Source of the DNA: Candidatus Heimdallarchaeota archaeon | Lineage (GTDB): Archaea; Asgardarchaeota; Heimdallarchaeia; Heimdallarchaeales; Heimdallarchaeaceae | Direction of reading: 5' to 3' | DNA length: 64,000 nt | NCBI GenBank assembly: GCA_016839945.1 | Contig: JAEOTE010000027.1 | Location: 9,015 to 73,014, forward strand | The notes under the pieces: model-generated | Databases searched by the model: none | What the model was told of the DNA's origin: nothing | The model's input: only the letters and a program-made list of their open reading frames with translations | Program-made: the position numbers and the translations under genes | Shown here: one piece after another, positions 1-10,024 of the stretch | Layout of the letters: each line of letters begins with the position of its first letter | Position numbering within the stretch: position 1 is the stretch's first letter

Positions 1-430
1 CAGTTGATTCATACCTAGCATTAACATCATTTACATATACAGAACACCACTCATGCACTCTTGGACGAGACAAAGTAGGTTCTGAATCTATTTGAATGAG
101 AATTGTGTCTCCAGATTTTAATTTCTTGTCTCCTTCCGAAACATGAAAATTATCAGTTTTTTCAAAGTCATCTATTTTCCATCTTACCTTTTTGTCCTCG
201 TTAATCGATTGATGATAATCAAGAGCATTCAAAAAAGCGTTAGTGATATTCATTGTATCTGGAACAAAAATTGTTTCAATTAAATCTCCAGGTTGTACTG
301 TTTGATTAGGACTAATTTGATTTGATGGAGCAGAATTATCTAACATAGCAGCTCCAATTGATGCATTAAATAAGGTTAAATTGAAGAACAATAAAACTGA
401 CAATATACCAAAGATTCTTTTTTTATTCAT
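1..430 (-). CDS. Secreted or membrane-anchored protein of unknown function; 3' part lies beyond the left window edge
   Basis: Hand translation of the minus strand gives ATG at 430-428, then MNKKRIFGILSVLLFFNLTLFNASIGAAMLDNSAPS... (basic N-terminus plus hydrophobic core, signal-peptide-like). The frame stays open to base 1. It is absent from the ORF track only because it is truncated. Confidence 0.5.
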   Translation of the reverse strand, partial: MNKKRIFGILSVLLFFNLTLFNASIGAAMLDNSAPSNQISPNQTVQPGDLIETIFVPDTMNITNAFLNALDYHQSINEDKKVRWKIDDFEKTDNFHVSEGDKKLKSGDTILIQIDSEPTLSRPRVHEWCSVYVNDVNARYEST

Positions 431-513
431 ATTGACCCCTATTTCTTTTATGTATTCTCGTTCTATCGTTCATTAACACACATTTTTAATGTTTTTGGTT
501 TAAACTAATCATA

Positions 514-1230
514 TTATTCTATAGTGAAATAAAGTCTCTTGTTATTCTTCCCTCTATTTTCAGATTTTAGAGGCTTAAATACGCCTATTTCTTTTGTATT
601 TGCAACATGTACTCCTCCATCAGCTTGTTTGTCAACATCTTTTATTTCTACTATTCTTATTATCTTCACGCTTTCAGGTATTAGATTGACCTTAGTACGA
701 ATTAAATCTGGATCCTTGAGAGCTTCTTCTCTTTCCATAAAGGAAATTGAAACATCATAACCTTCTTCAATAATCCTTTTCATTTCTTCTTCGATTTCTT
801 GAACACGATCTTGTCTTAAATGATCAATTTCAAAGTCAACTCTGCTTTTTTCAGGAGTTATATTCCCGCCAGTAACTACCGAATTGTATTTCTTGTAAAG
901 CAATGAAGAAATCGAATGAAGAGCTGTGTGCATTTTCATTTGACTATAACGGTTTTCCCAATCAATTTTGCATTTTACCTTCTCACCCAACAGACTACTT
1001 GATGGAGGGGGTAAAAGCAGATGAAGGACTTTACCTTTACTGAAGATTACTTCTTTTACATTATAATTTTGACTTTGAGATGTAGTTAAAACACCTGTAT
1101 CACTCTGTAAACCTCCCCCTCGGTATGAAAAAGCTGTTTTATCAAGGATAACAGCATCTTCTTCAACTGCAATTATCTCAGCTTCAAATTCTTTAATATA
1201 AGAATCAGTTTGAAAAAGTAATTCTGTCAT
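514..1230 (-). CDS. alaX: AlaX-type alanyl-tRNA editing protein (AlaX-M size class)
   Basis: 'FSYRGGGLQSDTG' and 'HTALH' (HxxxH) motifs of the Ala/Thr-tRNA synthetase editing domain. C-terminal 'QADGGVHV' sits where the CxxxH motif is expected. ATG at 1230 (MTELLF...) is preferred to the TTG at 1242 used by the track. Confidence 0.75.
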   Translation of the reverse strand: MTELLFQTDSYIKEFEAEIIAVEEDAVILDKTAFSYRGGGLQSDTGVLTTSQSQNYNVKEVIFSKGKVLHLLLPPPSSSLLGEKVKCKIDWENRYSQMKMHTALHSISSLLYKKYNSVVTGGNITPEKSRVDFEIDHLRQDRVQEIEEEMKRIIEEGYDVSISFMEREEALKDPDLIRTKVNLIPESVKIIRIVEIKDVDKQADGGVHVANTKEIGVFKPLKSENRGKNNKRLYFTIE

Positions 1231-1281
1231 GATTTTATGCAAAAATAGAGATAAAAAAACCTTGTGGATTGGAATTAAAGA

Positions 1282-2781
1282 TCATTTAAGTGTTTTGAAT
1301 ACCTTACCTTCATTGTGACACAAAAGCTCAATCGCATGTCTCCCTGAGTAGATTACAGTCTGAACGCCACCTGTTGTCATAGCCCACTGTCCAGTCATAT
1401 AGAAACAGTCCAACCCAGGAAGCTCTTTTTCAACACTTGCATAAAATGTTTTTGAACTAGGGAGGAATCCCATATACGCTCCTTTTTGATTAAGTGTATA
1501 TCTCCAAAAAGTATATGGAGTTGCAACATCTGTAACCTCGATCTTCTTTGATATTCCTGGGTATCTCTTTTCTAACCATTTTATTACTTGGTCTACTAGT
1601 TTGTTTTTTTCTTCATTATACCTTTTCTTATCCTTACTTAACTCAAACCAATATTCCCACTCAGTTTCAAAATCTACTTGAATAACAGTTTTTCCTTCAG
1701 GAGCAAAAGAAGGACTATAATTGAAAAAACGAATCATTGTTAGAAACTTATCTTCATTTGCTACTTGTACAGGATTTGGAGTTTTAAAAAAAGTCATCCA
1801 GACTTCGTCTTTAAATTCCATATCTACTCCAAAACTTATGCAAACAAAAGGCTCTACAACCTTCCAATTTTTATATCTGTTTTTGATTTTTTCATTAACA
1901 TACTTGCCTTCAAGCATGTTAAATATAACATTATAACCATCTATTGCAGAGATAACAAAATCTGAATTGAAAGCACTTCCATCTTCTAGGATAACGCCAA
2001 CTGCTTTGTCATCTTTGACTAGAATGTCATCTACTTGTGATCGATATTTAATCGTACCTCCCAACTCTAAAAACCTATTTTCTAGCTTCTTAACAAAATC
2101 AAAAGAACCTTTTTTTAGAACTCCTAATTGTTTTTGATATACAAAACTTAAAATCATCCATAGAAATGCTACTGGCACTTCAGGTAGGAACATATTAAGC
2201 AAAAGCTCCCTAAACATTGGATCTTTTATTTTTTCTACATAATCCTTTACTTCCATCAAAGATTTTCCAAGAAAATATCTGAGTGATTTTCTATTTTGCC
2301 AAAATTCAACAATCCAATCTTTAGTTTTCATAAGTTCCATGGGTTTTTTGAAGCCAAATTCACTGATATCTGATTTTGCCATCCCTCGAATTCCCTTAAT
2401 AAAGTGTTTGATAATTCTTTTATCCTTAGGAAAAAGTGAGAGTAAATCATTCTGAAATTTATCTAAATCAGCGGAAATATCTATAGATCTTTGGCTTGTT
2501 TCATCAATATATCGAGCATATACTTCTAAGCCCACATATTCAGCTTTATGAGCACCCACTTCTTCAAATATCCTATAGAGAGAAAGGCCAGGCTTATATC
2601 CTGCTATGAAATGAATTCCACCATCAATTAAGTATTGTTTCCTTCTCCAACATGCAGCTAAACCACCTGGAACAGGATTTCTTTCAAAAATAGTCACATT
2701 GTAATCATTCATTAAAGCATAGATTCCGGTTGACAATCCACCTAATCCCCCTCCAATAACTATAATTGATCTCTTGCTCAT
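1282..2781 (-). CDS. FAD/NAD(P)-dependent oxidoreductase, phytoene-desaturase (CrtI)-like family; substrate unknown
   Basis: N-terminal dinucleotide-binding motif 'IIVIGGGLGGLSTG...VTIFE'. The roughly 500 aa length and C-terminal 'GQWAMTTGGVQTVIYSG' block are typical of the amine-oxidase/CrtI fold. Confidence 0.7.
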   Translation of the reverse strand: MSKRSIIVIGGGLGGLSTGIYALMNDYNVTIFERNPVPGGLAACWRRKQYLIDGGIHFIAGYKPGLSLYRIFEEVGAHKAEYVGLEVYARYIDETSQRSIDISADLDKFQNDLLSLFPKDKRIIKHFIKGIRGMAKSDISEFGFKKPMELMKTKDWIVEFWQNRKSLRYFLGKSLMEVKDYVEKIKDPMFRELLLNMFLPEVPVAFLWMILSFVYQKQLGVLKKGSFDFVKKLENRFLELGGTIKYRSQVDDILVKDDKAVGVILEDGSAFNSDFVISAIDGYNVIFNMLEGKYVNEKIKNRYKNWKVVEPFVCISFGVDMEFKDEVWMTFFKTPNPVQVANEDKFLTMIRFFNYSPSFAPEGKTVIQVDFETEWEYWFELSKDKKRYNEEKNKLVDQVIKWLEKRYPGISKKIEVTDVATPYTFWRYTLNQKGAYMGFLPSSKTFYASVEKELPGLDCFYMTGQWAMTTGGVQTVIYSGRHAIELLCHNEGKVFKTLK

Positions 2782-2822
2782 TTTTTCACTCTAGTAAATA
2801 ATGACTTTCAACTTAATAATTC

Positions 2823-4589
2823 TTATTCACTGATAATTGGATTTATTATTTGAAGATTATCTACATCGATCAGACCATGATCTGTTATTTTTAAGTGGGG
2901 AATAACTGGGAGAGCTATAAAAGCTAAAGCCATGAAAGGTTCGGAGATTGATGGTTTCAATTCATCTAATGATTTAGTTAAAATCTTAAATTGTCCTACA
3001 ACCTCTTTAAGTGGAAGAGAGCTCATGATACCTGCAAAATCTAATTGTAAAAGAGTTGTTTTCTCAGGAGTCACAATCACTTGACCGCCTTGAGATTCTT
3101 TTAGTTGCTTAATTGCAGCCAAGATTAAGTTATAGTCAGTTCCTGTGCAAATAAGCTGATGACTATCATGAGCAACAGTACTGGCAATAGCTGAGTTTTT
3201 TAGACCTAATCCCTTAACAAAACCTTTCCCAACTTTTTTCTCTTTTGTATGTCTATTTACCACAAAAACAGGCAGAATATCTTTTTCAATATCAGGAAGC
3301 AAAACTCCATCTTTGACATTAACTGTATGTTGAATTTTCTCTGTAATAAGAGAGTTCTCCTGTATACCAATTACTCTAACAACAACTTTCTCTTTATCTG
3401 ACTTTATAACAAGATCATCAAACGAAGGTGTTTCTAGATTTGCCAGTGTATTGAAAATAAAACTAGGATATTCAGCTCTTTCCACTGGAATAATTAATTC
3501 TCCATTTCGAAAGATGATTTTACCATTAGATATCACTAGAGAAATATCAAAATCATACAGATTATTGACTACAACGATATCAGCTTTTTTTCCAGGAGCA
3601 ATACCTCCTATTTGATTTTGAAGTCCAAGGTGTGTAGCTGTATTAATAGTCATCATCTGTAAAGCTTCTATTGGTTTGATGTCCAAATTTATCATTTTCT
3701 TATATGAATAATCTAGATGTCCTTTTTCAAAAAGATCGATTGGATTTCTGTCATCAGAAGCAATTAATAGGTGTCTTGAATCTATTTTATTCAAATCCAG
3801 TTTTGAAAGAATATTTTGTAAATCTTTTGCAAAAGATCCTTCCCTTAATTGAAGCTTCATACCCAAACGTAATTTTTCTAGTGCTTCATCAACTGATGTT
3901 GCTTCATGGTCAGAACTAATACCTGCAGCGATATAAGTCTGTAATTCCTTTCCACTTAGAAGAGGAGCATGACCTTCAATCATTTTTCCTGCTTCTTTAG
4001 CAGAATTGATTTTATTGACTACATCACCAAATCCATTTATTACTCCCGGATAATTCATCATTTCAGCTAGAGCAAAGATTTCCTTTTGTTTTATTAGTTC
4101 ACTAATTTCTTCAGCTGATAGAACAGCTCCTGATGTTTCAAAACCTGGTAATGAAGGAACACAAGAAGGAAGCTCAATTAGAAAGGTAATAGGAGATTTT
4201 GATGCTTCAGAAATCAATAATTCCAATCCTTTCTTTCCAGTTATATTTACTAATTCATGTGGATCAATTACAACTGTGGTAGTCCCATGTGGTATAACAG
4301 CTTTAGCAAATTCTGTTAATGTTAACATTGATGATTCTATATGTATATGAGATTCAATCAGTCCAGGACAAATAATACTTCCAGAAACATCAATAACCTC
4401 AGTTTCTGTATCCTCAAAATCTATACTTAATAATCCTACATGTACTATTCTTCCTTTGGTTATAACAACATCAGCTTTAATGAGTTCTCTAGTATAGACA
4501 TTGACAACTTCCCCTCCACTAAGAATTATGTCTGCTTTTATCTTTCCAGAAGCAGCATTGATTATCTCATGTGTATCCAAATCTACCAC
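2823..4589 (-). CDS. ade: Adenine deaminase
   Basis: Amidohydrolase HxH motif 'PGLIESHIHIESS', N-terminal 'ADVVITKGRIVHVG' and 'SDDRNP'. The roughly 590 aa two-domain length is characteristic of adenine deaminase. GTG start. Confidence 0.85.
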   Translation of the reverse strand: MVDLDTHEIINAASGKIKADIILSGGEVVNVYTRELIKADVVITKGRIVHVGLLSIDFEDTETEVIDVSGSIICPGLIESHIHIESSMLTLTEFAKAVIPHGTTTVVIDPHELVNITGKKGLELLISEASKSPITFLIELPSCVPSLPGFETSGAVLSAEEISELIKQKEIFALAEMMNYPGVINGFGDVVNKINSAKEAGKMIEGHAPLLSGKELQTYIAAGISSDHEATSVDEALEKLRLGMKLQLREGSFAKDLQNILSKLDLNKIDSRHLLIASDDRNPIDLFEKGHLDYSYKKMINLDIKPIEALQMMTINTATHLGLQNQIGGIAPGKKADIVVVNNLYDFDISLVISNGKIIFRNGELIIPVERAEYPSFIFNTLANLETPSFDDLVIKSDKEKVVVRVIGIQENSLITEKIQHTVNVKDGVLLPDIEKDILPVFVVNRHTKEKKVGKGFVKGLGLKNSAIASTVAHDSHQLICTGTDYNLILAAIKQLKESQGGQVIVTPEKTTLLQLDFAGIMSSLPLKEVVGQFKILTKSLDELKPSISEPFMALAFIALPVIPHLKITDHGLIDVDNLQIINPIISE

Positions 4590-4653
4590 ACATTAGACTA
4601 ATTAACTTAAGATAAAAAGGTTAGGGATAAACTAATGCAGAGATTGAGGAAGG

Positions 4654-4664
4654 TTTTTATTAAA
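4654..4664 (+). promoter_or_regulatory. Candidate archaeal TATA box for the DegV gene at 4690
   Basis: 'tttttattaaa' lies about 26-36 nt upstream of the start codon. The AT-rich background makes this weak evidence. Confidence 0.25.
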
Positions 4665-4689
4665 CTCTAGCGGATATTTTACTGATAGT

Positions 4690-5550
4690 TTGAAAATCAA
4701 AGTTGTTTCAGATTCTGCAATGGATTTACCAATGGAAATTATAAAAAAGAACAATGTTTCAGTAGTTGCTCATATTGTTCACTTTGAAGATGAAGAAATG
4801 AAAATAGGAATAGAGATATCGGTAAAAGATTACTACAAAAAAATGAAGGAAATGAAAGAAATTCCAAAAAATGCTCCTCCTACTCCTCAAGATTTTTATG
4901 ATGTCTTTCAAGCATGTTTTGAAGAGGAGAAATCAGAACATATTGTCTATGTTGGAGTTTCAGAGAAACTATCATCAACTGTAAATGTTGCTAGAATTGC
5001 ATCAAGGAAATTCGAAAAAGGAATAACAATTTTTAATACAGAATCAGCTTCTGGAGTAGAAGGATTAATGGTTCTAGCAATTACTAAACTTCTGAAGAAA
5101 GGAAAATCATTAACCGAGATCTTGGAATTTATGGAGAAATTAAAAGAAGAATATATCTTGAGTGTTGGTTTCCATACCTTAGAGAATGTTCACAAATCTG
5201 GAAGACTAAAATCAAAATTTATTCTCAATCTTACCAAAATTATGGGAATAAAACCAATCGCTATTATGGAGTTACCTGGAGTTCTGAAATCAACATTACC
5301 CGGTTTTTTCACAGAGAAATCAATGGAAAAAAGAATAATCAAAACTGTAATGAAAAAAGCAAAAAGAGATAGAACATATGATATGGTAATTTCTCATGTA
5401 GAAAACTCAAAAGGCTCCCAAAGAATAGCAAAAAAAATAATAAAAAATCTGAACATAAAAGAACATTATACTACAGAAGCATCTCCAGTTGTAGGAACAA
5501 ATACAGGAGAAGGAACAATCATAGTATCACTTCTACCATCAATTAAGTAA
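4690..5550 (+). CDS. DegV family (fatty-acid-binding, FakB-like) protein
   Basis: 'KIKVVSDSAMDLP' N-terminus, 'VGVSEKLSSTVNVARIA' and 'NTESASGVEGLMV' blocks follow the DegV pattern. TTG start as in the track. Confidence 0.8.
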   Translation: MKIKVVSDSAMDLPMEIIKKNNVSVVAHIVHFEDEEMKIGIEISVKDYYKKMKEMKEIPKNAPPTPQDFYDVFQACFEEEKSEHIVYVGVSEKLSSTVNVARIASRKFEKGITIFNTESASGVEGLMVLAITKLLKKGKSLTEILEFMEKLKEEYILSVGFHTLENVHKSGRLKSKFILNLTKIMGIKPIAIMELPGVLKSTLPGFFTEKSMEKRIIKTVMKKAKRDRTYDMVISHVENSKGSQRIAKKIIKNLNIKEHYTTEASPVVGTNTGEGTIIVSLLPSIK

Positions 5551-5573
5551 TCATAAAAAAAAATTAATAAGAA

Positions 5574-6416
5574 CTACTTCTTTCGATTTTCTAGAAAAAC
5601 ATTAATTCTCTTTGCTATCTCTTCTTCTTTTCCTTCATGAACTCTATGCATTTGTGTTTTAATTTGATTTACTTCTGATTCTTTGAGTACTAAAAACTTT
5701 TGAGCTTTTTCTGGTCCAATAAAATGGTCTTTTTCAGAAACGAACATTTGAATTGGTATATCAATTTCACTCTGTCTCCCTCTTATATCAAATGGATGAA
5801 TAAATTCAACAACAAACCTTCTTAGACTCCAGTCATCATTTTTCTTCAATCTCTCTGCTGCCCAAGTCACATTTGCTGAATCACCTGTTCCTCTGATTTT
5901 TAAATAAAATCTATAGAGAGCAATAATCATTTTTTGAACAAAGGTCATTATAAATGTTGGAATCCAACCTAAGACTGGTAACCAGAAAGGAGTTCCATAA
6001 TGCTCTTGAGGACTGAAAACTATCAATGTATGAGGTTTAGGTCCTTCCCCATCTAGACAATATTGAAAACTTTGAGATCCTCCACTGCAACTTCCAAGAA
6101 TTATAAAATCCTTATCTTCAAAATTCAAATGCTTTATTAATATGGAAAGCTCAATGTTGTAATCATTTGGATTGAAATAACCTTTTTTGTGAGTAGTAAT
6201 AGTTTTTCCGAAACCTCTAGGTTCGTAAAGAGTAACATTGCTATAGTATTGCAAAGCTTTGGCTATATTTGTGAAGTTATCAATTGCACTAAGCCATCCA
6301 GGGATTAATATAATGTTACGATGAGAATATTTCTCGTTAATGCAAGGAAATTTAGCTATTCTTACCTGAAATTCTGGTTTCTCTTTAACTTTGACATATT
6401 CAATAGTTGGTTCCAT
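5574..6416 (-). CDS. Alpha/beta-fold hydrolase/acyltransferase with predicted Cys nucleophile (paralogue 1 of 4)
   Basis: 'LIPGWLS', 'EPRGFGKT', elbow 'LGSCSGG' (G-S-C-x-G), 'SEKDHF' and 'MHRVHEG' fit a Cys-Asp-His layout. Hydrophobic insert 'FWLPVLGWIPTFIMTFVQKMIIALYRFYL'. Paralogous to 13687-16324. Confidence 0.7.
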   Translation of the reverse strand: MEPTIEYVKVKEKPEFQVRIAKFPCINEKYSHRNIILIPGWLSAIDNFTNIAKALQYYSNVTLYEPRGFGKTITTHKKGYFNPNDYNIELSILIKHLNFEDKDFIILGSCSGGSQSFQYCLDGEGPKPHTLIVFSPQEHYGTPFWLPVLGWIPTFIMTFVQKMIIALYRFYLKIRGTGDSANVTWAAERLKKNDDWSLRRFVVEFIHPFDIRGRQSEIDIPIQMFVSEKDHFIGPEKAQKFLVLKESEVNQIKTQMHRVHEGKEEEIAKRINVFLENRKK

Positions 6417-6476
6417 TATACCAATTTGAAAATATATACATTTATCTGTTTCTGAAGAGAAAAAGAAAAAGAGAGA

Positions 6477-7148
6477 TTATTTGTCAGGATTCTCTTTGTG
6501 GCATAACCACCAATCTAAGCATTCAATACTTTCATCAGCAAGACGTTCTTTTGCTGTCTCAACATCACTTGCAGGAGGTATTATTACATGGTCTCCAAAA
6601 AGCTCGTTGTCAGGCCAATTTGCAGGCATGGCAACATCATATTTAGTAGCTACTTTCAAACCCTTAATCATTCTTAGAATCTCTTTCATATTACGACCAA
6701 GTTCTGAAGGATAGTAGAGAATAGCTCTAACAATTCCTTTAGGATCAAGAATAAAAACAGCTCTAACTGTATTGGATGATTTTGGATGGATCATCCCTAA
6801 TCTTTTTGCTATCTCTCCATGATCTGCAATTATTGGGAATTTTATTTCTTCACCAATGTTCTCTTTAATCCAATCAACCCATTTAATGTGACTAAAAACT
6901 TGATCAATGCTTAATCCAAGAAGTTCAACATTCATTGATTTAAATTCATCGTAATGTTTCTGAAAAGAAACAAATTCAGTTGTACATACTGGAGTATAAT
7001 CTGCAGGATGACTGAATAGAATAAGCCAATGTCCTGTGTAATCTCCTGGCAATTTCTTCATTCCATGAGTGGTTTGTACAACCATTTTTGGAAATGGAGT
7101 GCCTATTAGTGGGATTTTTCCTGTTTCTTCATATTCTTTTTGAGTCAA
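6477..7148 (-). CDS. Peroxiredoxin (archaeal Prx6-like thiol peroxidase)
   Basis: Peroxidatic-Cys motif '[15 protein letters not shown]' and 'IPLIGTPFP' N-terminus. The C-terminal 'CLDWWLC' Cys pair is as in archaeal Prx. TTG start immediately after an in-frame stop. Confidence 0.9.
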   Translation of the reverse strand: MTQKEYEETGKIPLIGTPFPKMVVQTTHGMKKLPGDYTGHWLILFSHPADYTPVCTTEFVSFQKHYDEFKSMNVELLGLSIDQVFSHIKWVDWIKENIGEEIKFPIIADHGEIAKRLGMIHPKSSNTVRAVFILDPKGIVRAILYYPSELGRNMKEILRMIKGLKVATKYDVAMPANWPDNELFGDHVIIPPASDVETAKERLADESIECLDWWLCHKENPDK

Positions 7149-7318
7149 TTATATCACTAATCAAACGTTCAAAGAATCTTTTTAAATCTTTTATTTTTAC
7201 AAAAAATCTTACTGTAGTCTTTGTAATTATATTAAATACAGAAGGTTGTATAATATAGATATTATTCACGTTTTTAAAAGAAGAATCAATTCTTCTAAAA
7301 TTAGCAAGGTGTATTCCT

Positions 7319-7585
7319 ATGACATTTGAGGTAATAGATAAAATTTGTAATGAGCATAAAATGACAAAAATACCATTATTAAATTCAATAGAAATTAAAG
7401 GTGACAAAATTTTCTTATTTAAAGAGAAGCTTGATAGTGAGCTTCTGAAAACATACAAATATGACAAAATTACATCTAAGAAAGAACCTTTTACTATTGA
7501 AGATATTGATGGAGTTTTAGGAGAATTAAGAAATTACTTCAAAGAGAAGATGATTATATTCTATAAAAGTTCAAAAAAGATATAG
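7319..7585 (+). CDS. Small hypothetical protein (88 aa)
   Basis: ATG is preceded by 'aaggtg' 8 nt upstream. The translation has normal charged/hydrophobic composition, unlike the overlapping minus-strand ORF 7129-7467. Confidence 0.4.
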   Translation: MTFEVIDKICNEHKMTKIPLLNSIEIKGDKIFLFKEKLDSELLKTYKYDKITSKKEPFTIEDIDGVLGELRNYFKEKMIIFYKSSKKI

Positions 7586-7606
7586 TATCACAATTTTAAA
7601 TTGCAA

Positions 7607-8206
7607 TTAGTAAAAAACATCTTCTCCTTCTTTTGCAACTTCTTCTTCTCTAGCGATAATAGACCTTATCAGTCCATGAATAACATTAAATCTTGGAACT
7701 TTTTTCATGTATAATCGATAGGGGTAACCATAAGATTCTTGGAAGAGACTGTCTTTTTCATAAGAAGAGAGAAAGAAAGAGATTACAGCCATAATTGATA
7801 AAACATTAGATAATATTGAATTTATTAGAAAGATTAGAGAGAAGGATGCTATAATTATCCCTAGTGTTATTGGGTGTCTTACATAAGCAAAAATCATTAA
7901 ATTTTTGAATTTGTTAAGATTGGTTGTTCCTTTTCTTTTTATCCATCTTCTGTGTGATGTAAGAATACCTAATAGTATCATGATTATCGCTAACAGTGCC
8001 AGTGAAGCAGCTATTATTGTGTAGTATGGTAGTTCAGTATACTCACCTATTGTCTCAGGTAGACTCAGTGAGAGTATAATGAACAACAAACCTATAGCTT
8101 GGAAAGTTTCATATCGAATACTTTTGAAAACTGAATGAATGAACCACAATAAAGCTACAAGGGAGAGGAAACCAATAGCTATCCAAAACCACACTTCATC
8201 TATCAC
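7607..8206 (-). CDS. Polytopic membrane protein, isoprenylcysteine carboxyl / phospholipid methyltransferase-like (ICMT/PEMT family)
   Basis: About 5 hydrophobic helices. 'FAYVRHPITLG' (RHPxY-like) followed by 'SYEKDSLFQESYGYPYRLYMKKVPRF' matches the ICMT-family C-terminal EE..L...fG..Y..Y...vprf pattern. GTG start. Confidence 0.5.
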   Translation of the reverse strand: MIDEVWFWIAIGFLSLVALLWFIHSVFKSIRYETFQAIGLLFIILSLSLPETIGEYTELPYYTIIAASLALLAIIMILLGILTSHRRWIKRKGTTNLNKFKNLMIFAYVRHPITLGIIIASFSLIFLINSILSNVLSIMAVISFFLSSYEKDSLFQESYGYPYRLYMKKVPRFNVIHGLIRSIIAREEEVAKEGEDVFY

Positions 8207-8297
8207 AAGTGTATATTTGTATAGCTACTTATTGAATTTTTCTGCTATTAAAAATTCTTTTAAATGAAAGTATATCCATAATAACAGAGAATGGAAA

Positions 8298-9020
8298 ATG
8301 TCTTCAAAACAGAATGTAGGATTTCTACTAATTCATGGATTTACAGGAACTCACTACGAAATGCAACCTTTAGCTGATTTTCTTATAGAAAAAGGTTTTA
8401 CTGTAGAAAACATAACCTTACCAGGACATGAAACAACAGAAGAAGACCTAATTACTAAAAAATGGACAGAATTTACAGATTCTGCTCAAAAAGAGTTAGA
8501 CAGATTAAAAGAAAAATGCGAAAAGGTTTTTGTCTGTGGACTTTCAATGGGTGGTGCAATTACTTTATATCTAGGTGCAACAAATCCTGACATTAATGGC
8601 GCTATTCCTATGGCAGCTGTTTGCAAACCTCCTGATTGGAGAATGTATTTCTTAGCTATTCCATTTGTACATCATATTTATCCTAAGTATAGAAATACTG
8701 AAAGTGGTTGGGAGGATTTACAAGCTTTGGAAACTCACAAAAGCTATGAAAATTATCCTATTAAATCAGTTAGTCAGCTTTTTTGGATGATTAGAAAAGT
8801 AAAGAAACTAACGAAGAAAATAGAAATCCCAATTTTAGTAGTACACAGTAAGAAGGATCTAAGTGTTCCAAAAAAACAAGCTGAATGGATATTCAATAAT
8901 GTTCAATCTAAAGATAAAGAAATTGTAGAAATTGTCAAAGGAGGACATGTAATTCCTAAAGATGCAGGTAGGTTTCAGCTTTTTGAAGCTGTTGAGAAAT
9001 GGATAGAAAAAAGGATATAA
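8298..9020 (+). CDS. Alpha/beta hydrolase, carboxylesterase / monoacylglycerol-lipase-like
   Basis: 'FLLIHGFTGT' oxyanion region, canonical Ser elbow 'GLSMGG', and 'HSKKD' plus 'GGHV' acid/His region. Confidence 0.75.
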   Translation: MSSKQNVGFLLIHGFTGTHYEMQPLADFLIEKGFTVENITLPGHETTEEDLITKKWTEFTDSAQKELDRLKEKCEKVFVCGLSMGGAITLYLGATNPDINGAIPMAAVCKPPDWRMYFLAIPFVHHIYPKYRNTESGWEDLQALETHKSYENYPIKSVSQLFWMIRKVKKLTKKIEIPILVVHSKKDLSVPKKQAEWIFNNVQSKDKEIVEIVKGGHVIPKDAGRFQLFEAVEKWIEKRI

Positions 9021-9025
9021 TAAAA

Positions 9026-9877
9026 CTAAAAACTATTAACTGCTTCTTTTATTGCATCATAGCATTTGTCTAGGAGTAAATTCATTCTTTCTTGTTCAAC
9101 TTCATAAGGGAATTTAGGTAGATCAGATCTTTCTAACAATTCTTCCTTTGTTGTTTCATCAACCACTAAATCCTCTATTTTCTTTACTAGAAGCTCTAGA
9201 TACTTTTGCTGAATTTCTAGTTCTTCTTTATATGTTATTGGTCCATGTCCTGGAACTACTTTCTTTGGTGTTAAATAGATCATTTGTGTGTATGCATCAA
9301 TCCATAGATAAGGGTCTACTGTTGGATCTCCTCCATATGGGAACATCTCTGAAAAAAGTAAATCTCCTGCAATTATTACTTCATCTTTTGGAACATAAAC
9401 ATAACAACTTCCTTTGCAATGTCCATGAGTTTCGATAATCTCTACTTGTTCATCGTTTTCTTTTATAACATAATCTCCTACAAAGGTTTTAGTGGGTAGT
9501 GTAAGTTCCAAATCTTGCCATTTTTCCTTAAATTCAGGATTCTCCGAAAGAAAATTAGCTATTTTCTCTTCTGTCCAATTTTCTGCAAAATCTTTCTCCA
9601 TCATCTTTTGAGTATCAACTGTAGCGATGATTTCGCAATCCTTGAAAACTTGATTACCACAAATATGATCATAATGATAATGGGTTAAAACTAGATACTT
9701 GATAGGGACTCCCATGATTTTTTCAGCTGCATCTCTTGCATTCTTAGCAGAGATAGGATCTAATCCACTATCAACCATTATTCCAATGTTCTTTAATTTA
9801 ATAGAAGCCACATTACATCTAGTTTCTCCTTTTGTATGAGCCCAAACATTATCTGAAACTTGTTCAAGTTCAACCAT
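9026..9877 (-). CDS. Metallo-beta-lactamase-fold hydrolase
   Basis: 'LTHYHYDHICG' (HxHxDH) plus downstream 'THGHCKGS' and 'PGHGP' ligand motifs. ATG at 9877 is preferred to the TTG at 9886. Confidence 0.8.
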   Translation of the reverse strand: MVELEQVSDNVWAHTKGETRCNVASIKLKNIGIMVDSGLDPISAKNARDAAEKIMGVPIKYLVLTHYHYDHICGNQVFKDCEIIATVDTQKMMEKDFAENWTEEKIANFLSENPEFKEKWQDLELTLPTKTFVGDYVIKENDEQVEIIETHGHCKGSCYVYVPKDEVIIAGDLLFSEMFPYGGDPTVDPYLWIDAYTQMIYLTPKKVVPGHGPITYKEELEIQQKYLELLVKKIEDLVVDETTKEELLERSDLPKFPYEVEQERMNLLLDKCYDAIKEAVNSF

Positions 9878-10024
9878 TAAAATCAAAGAATGAATTTATT
9901 GGTTGAATAAATAGTTTTCTGAAAAATTATAAATTTCACAATTTCAACGAGAAACAACATATTGATTGATTTAGTATCATTTTATATATTGCAGAAAATT
10001 AAAAAAATAGAAGAACTAGTCAAA

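Noticed and set aside
7129-7467. 112-aa minus-strand ORF overlapping the peroxiredoxin 5' end and the 88-aa plus-strand ORF.
   Set aside because: Its composition is low-complexity (Ser/Ile/Phe-rich) and it overlaps the peroxiredoxin start. The plus-strand ORF 7319-7585 has an 'aggtg' SD and a more protein-like sequence.
7607-8206. A link between the ICMT-like methyltransferase and prenylated small GTPases, as in eukaryotic CaaX processing.
   Set aside because: The only canonical GTPase in the window ends in '...DQDKDTE' with no CaaX Cys. ICMT/PEMT-family proteins are widespread in prokaryotes with other substrates.
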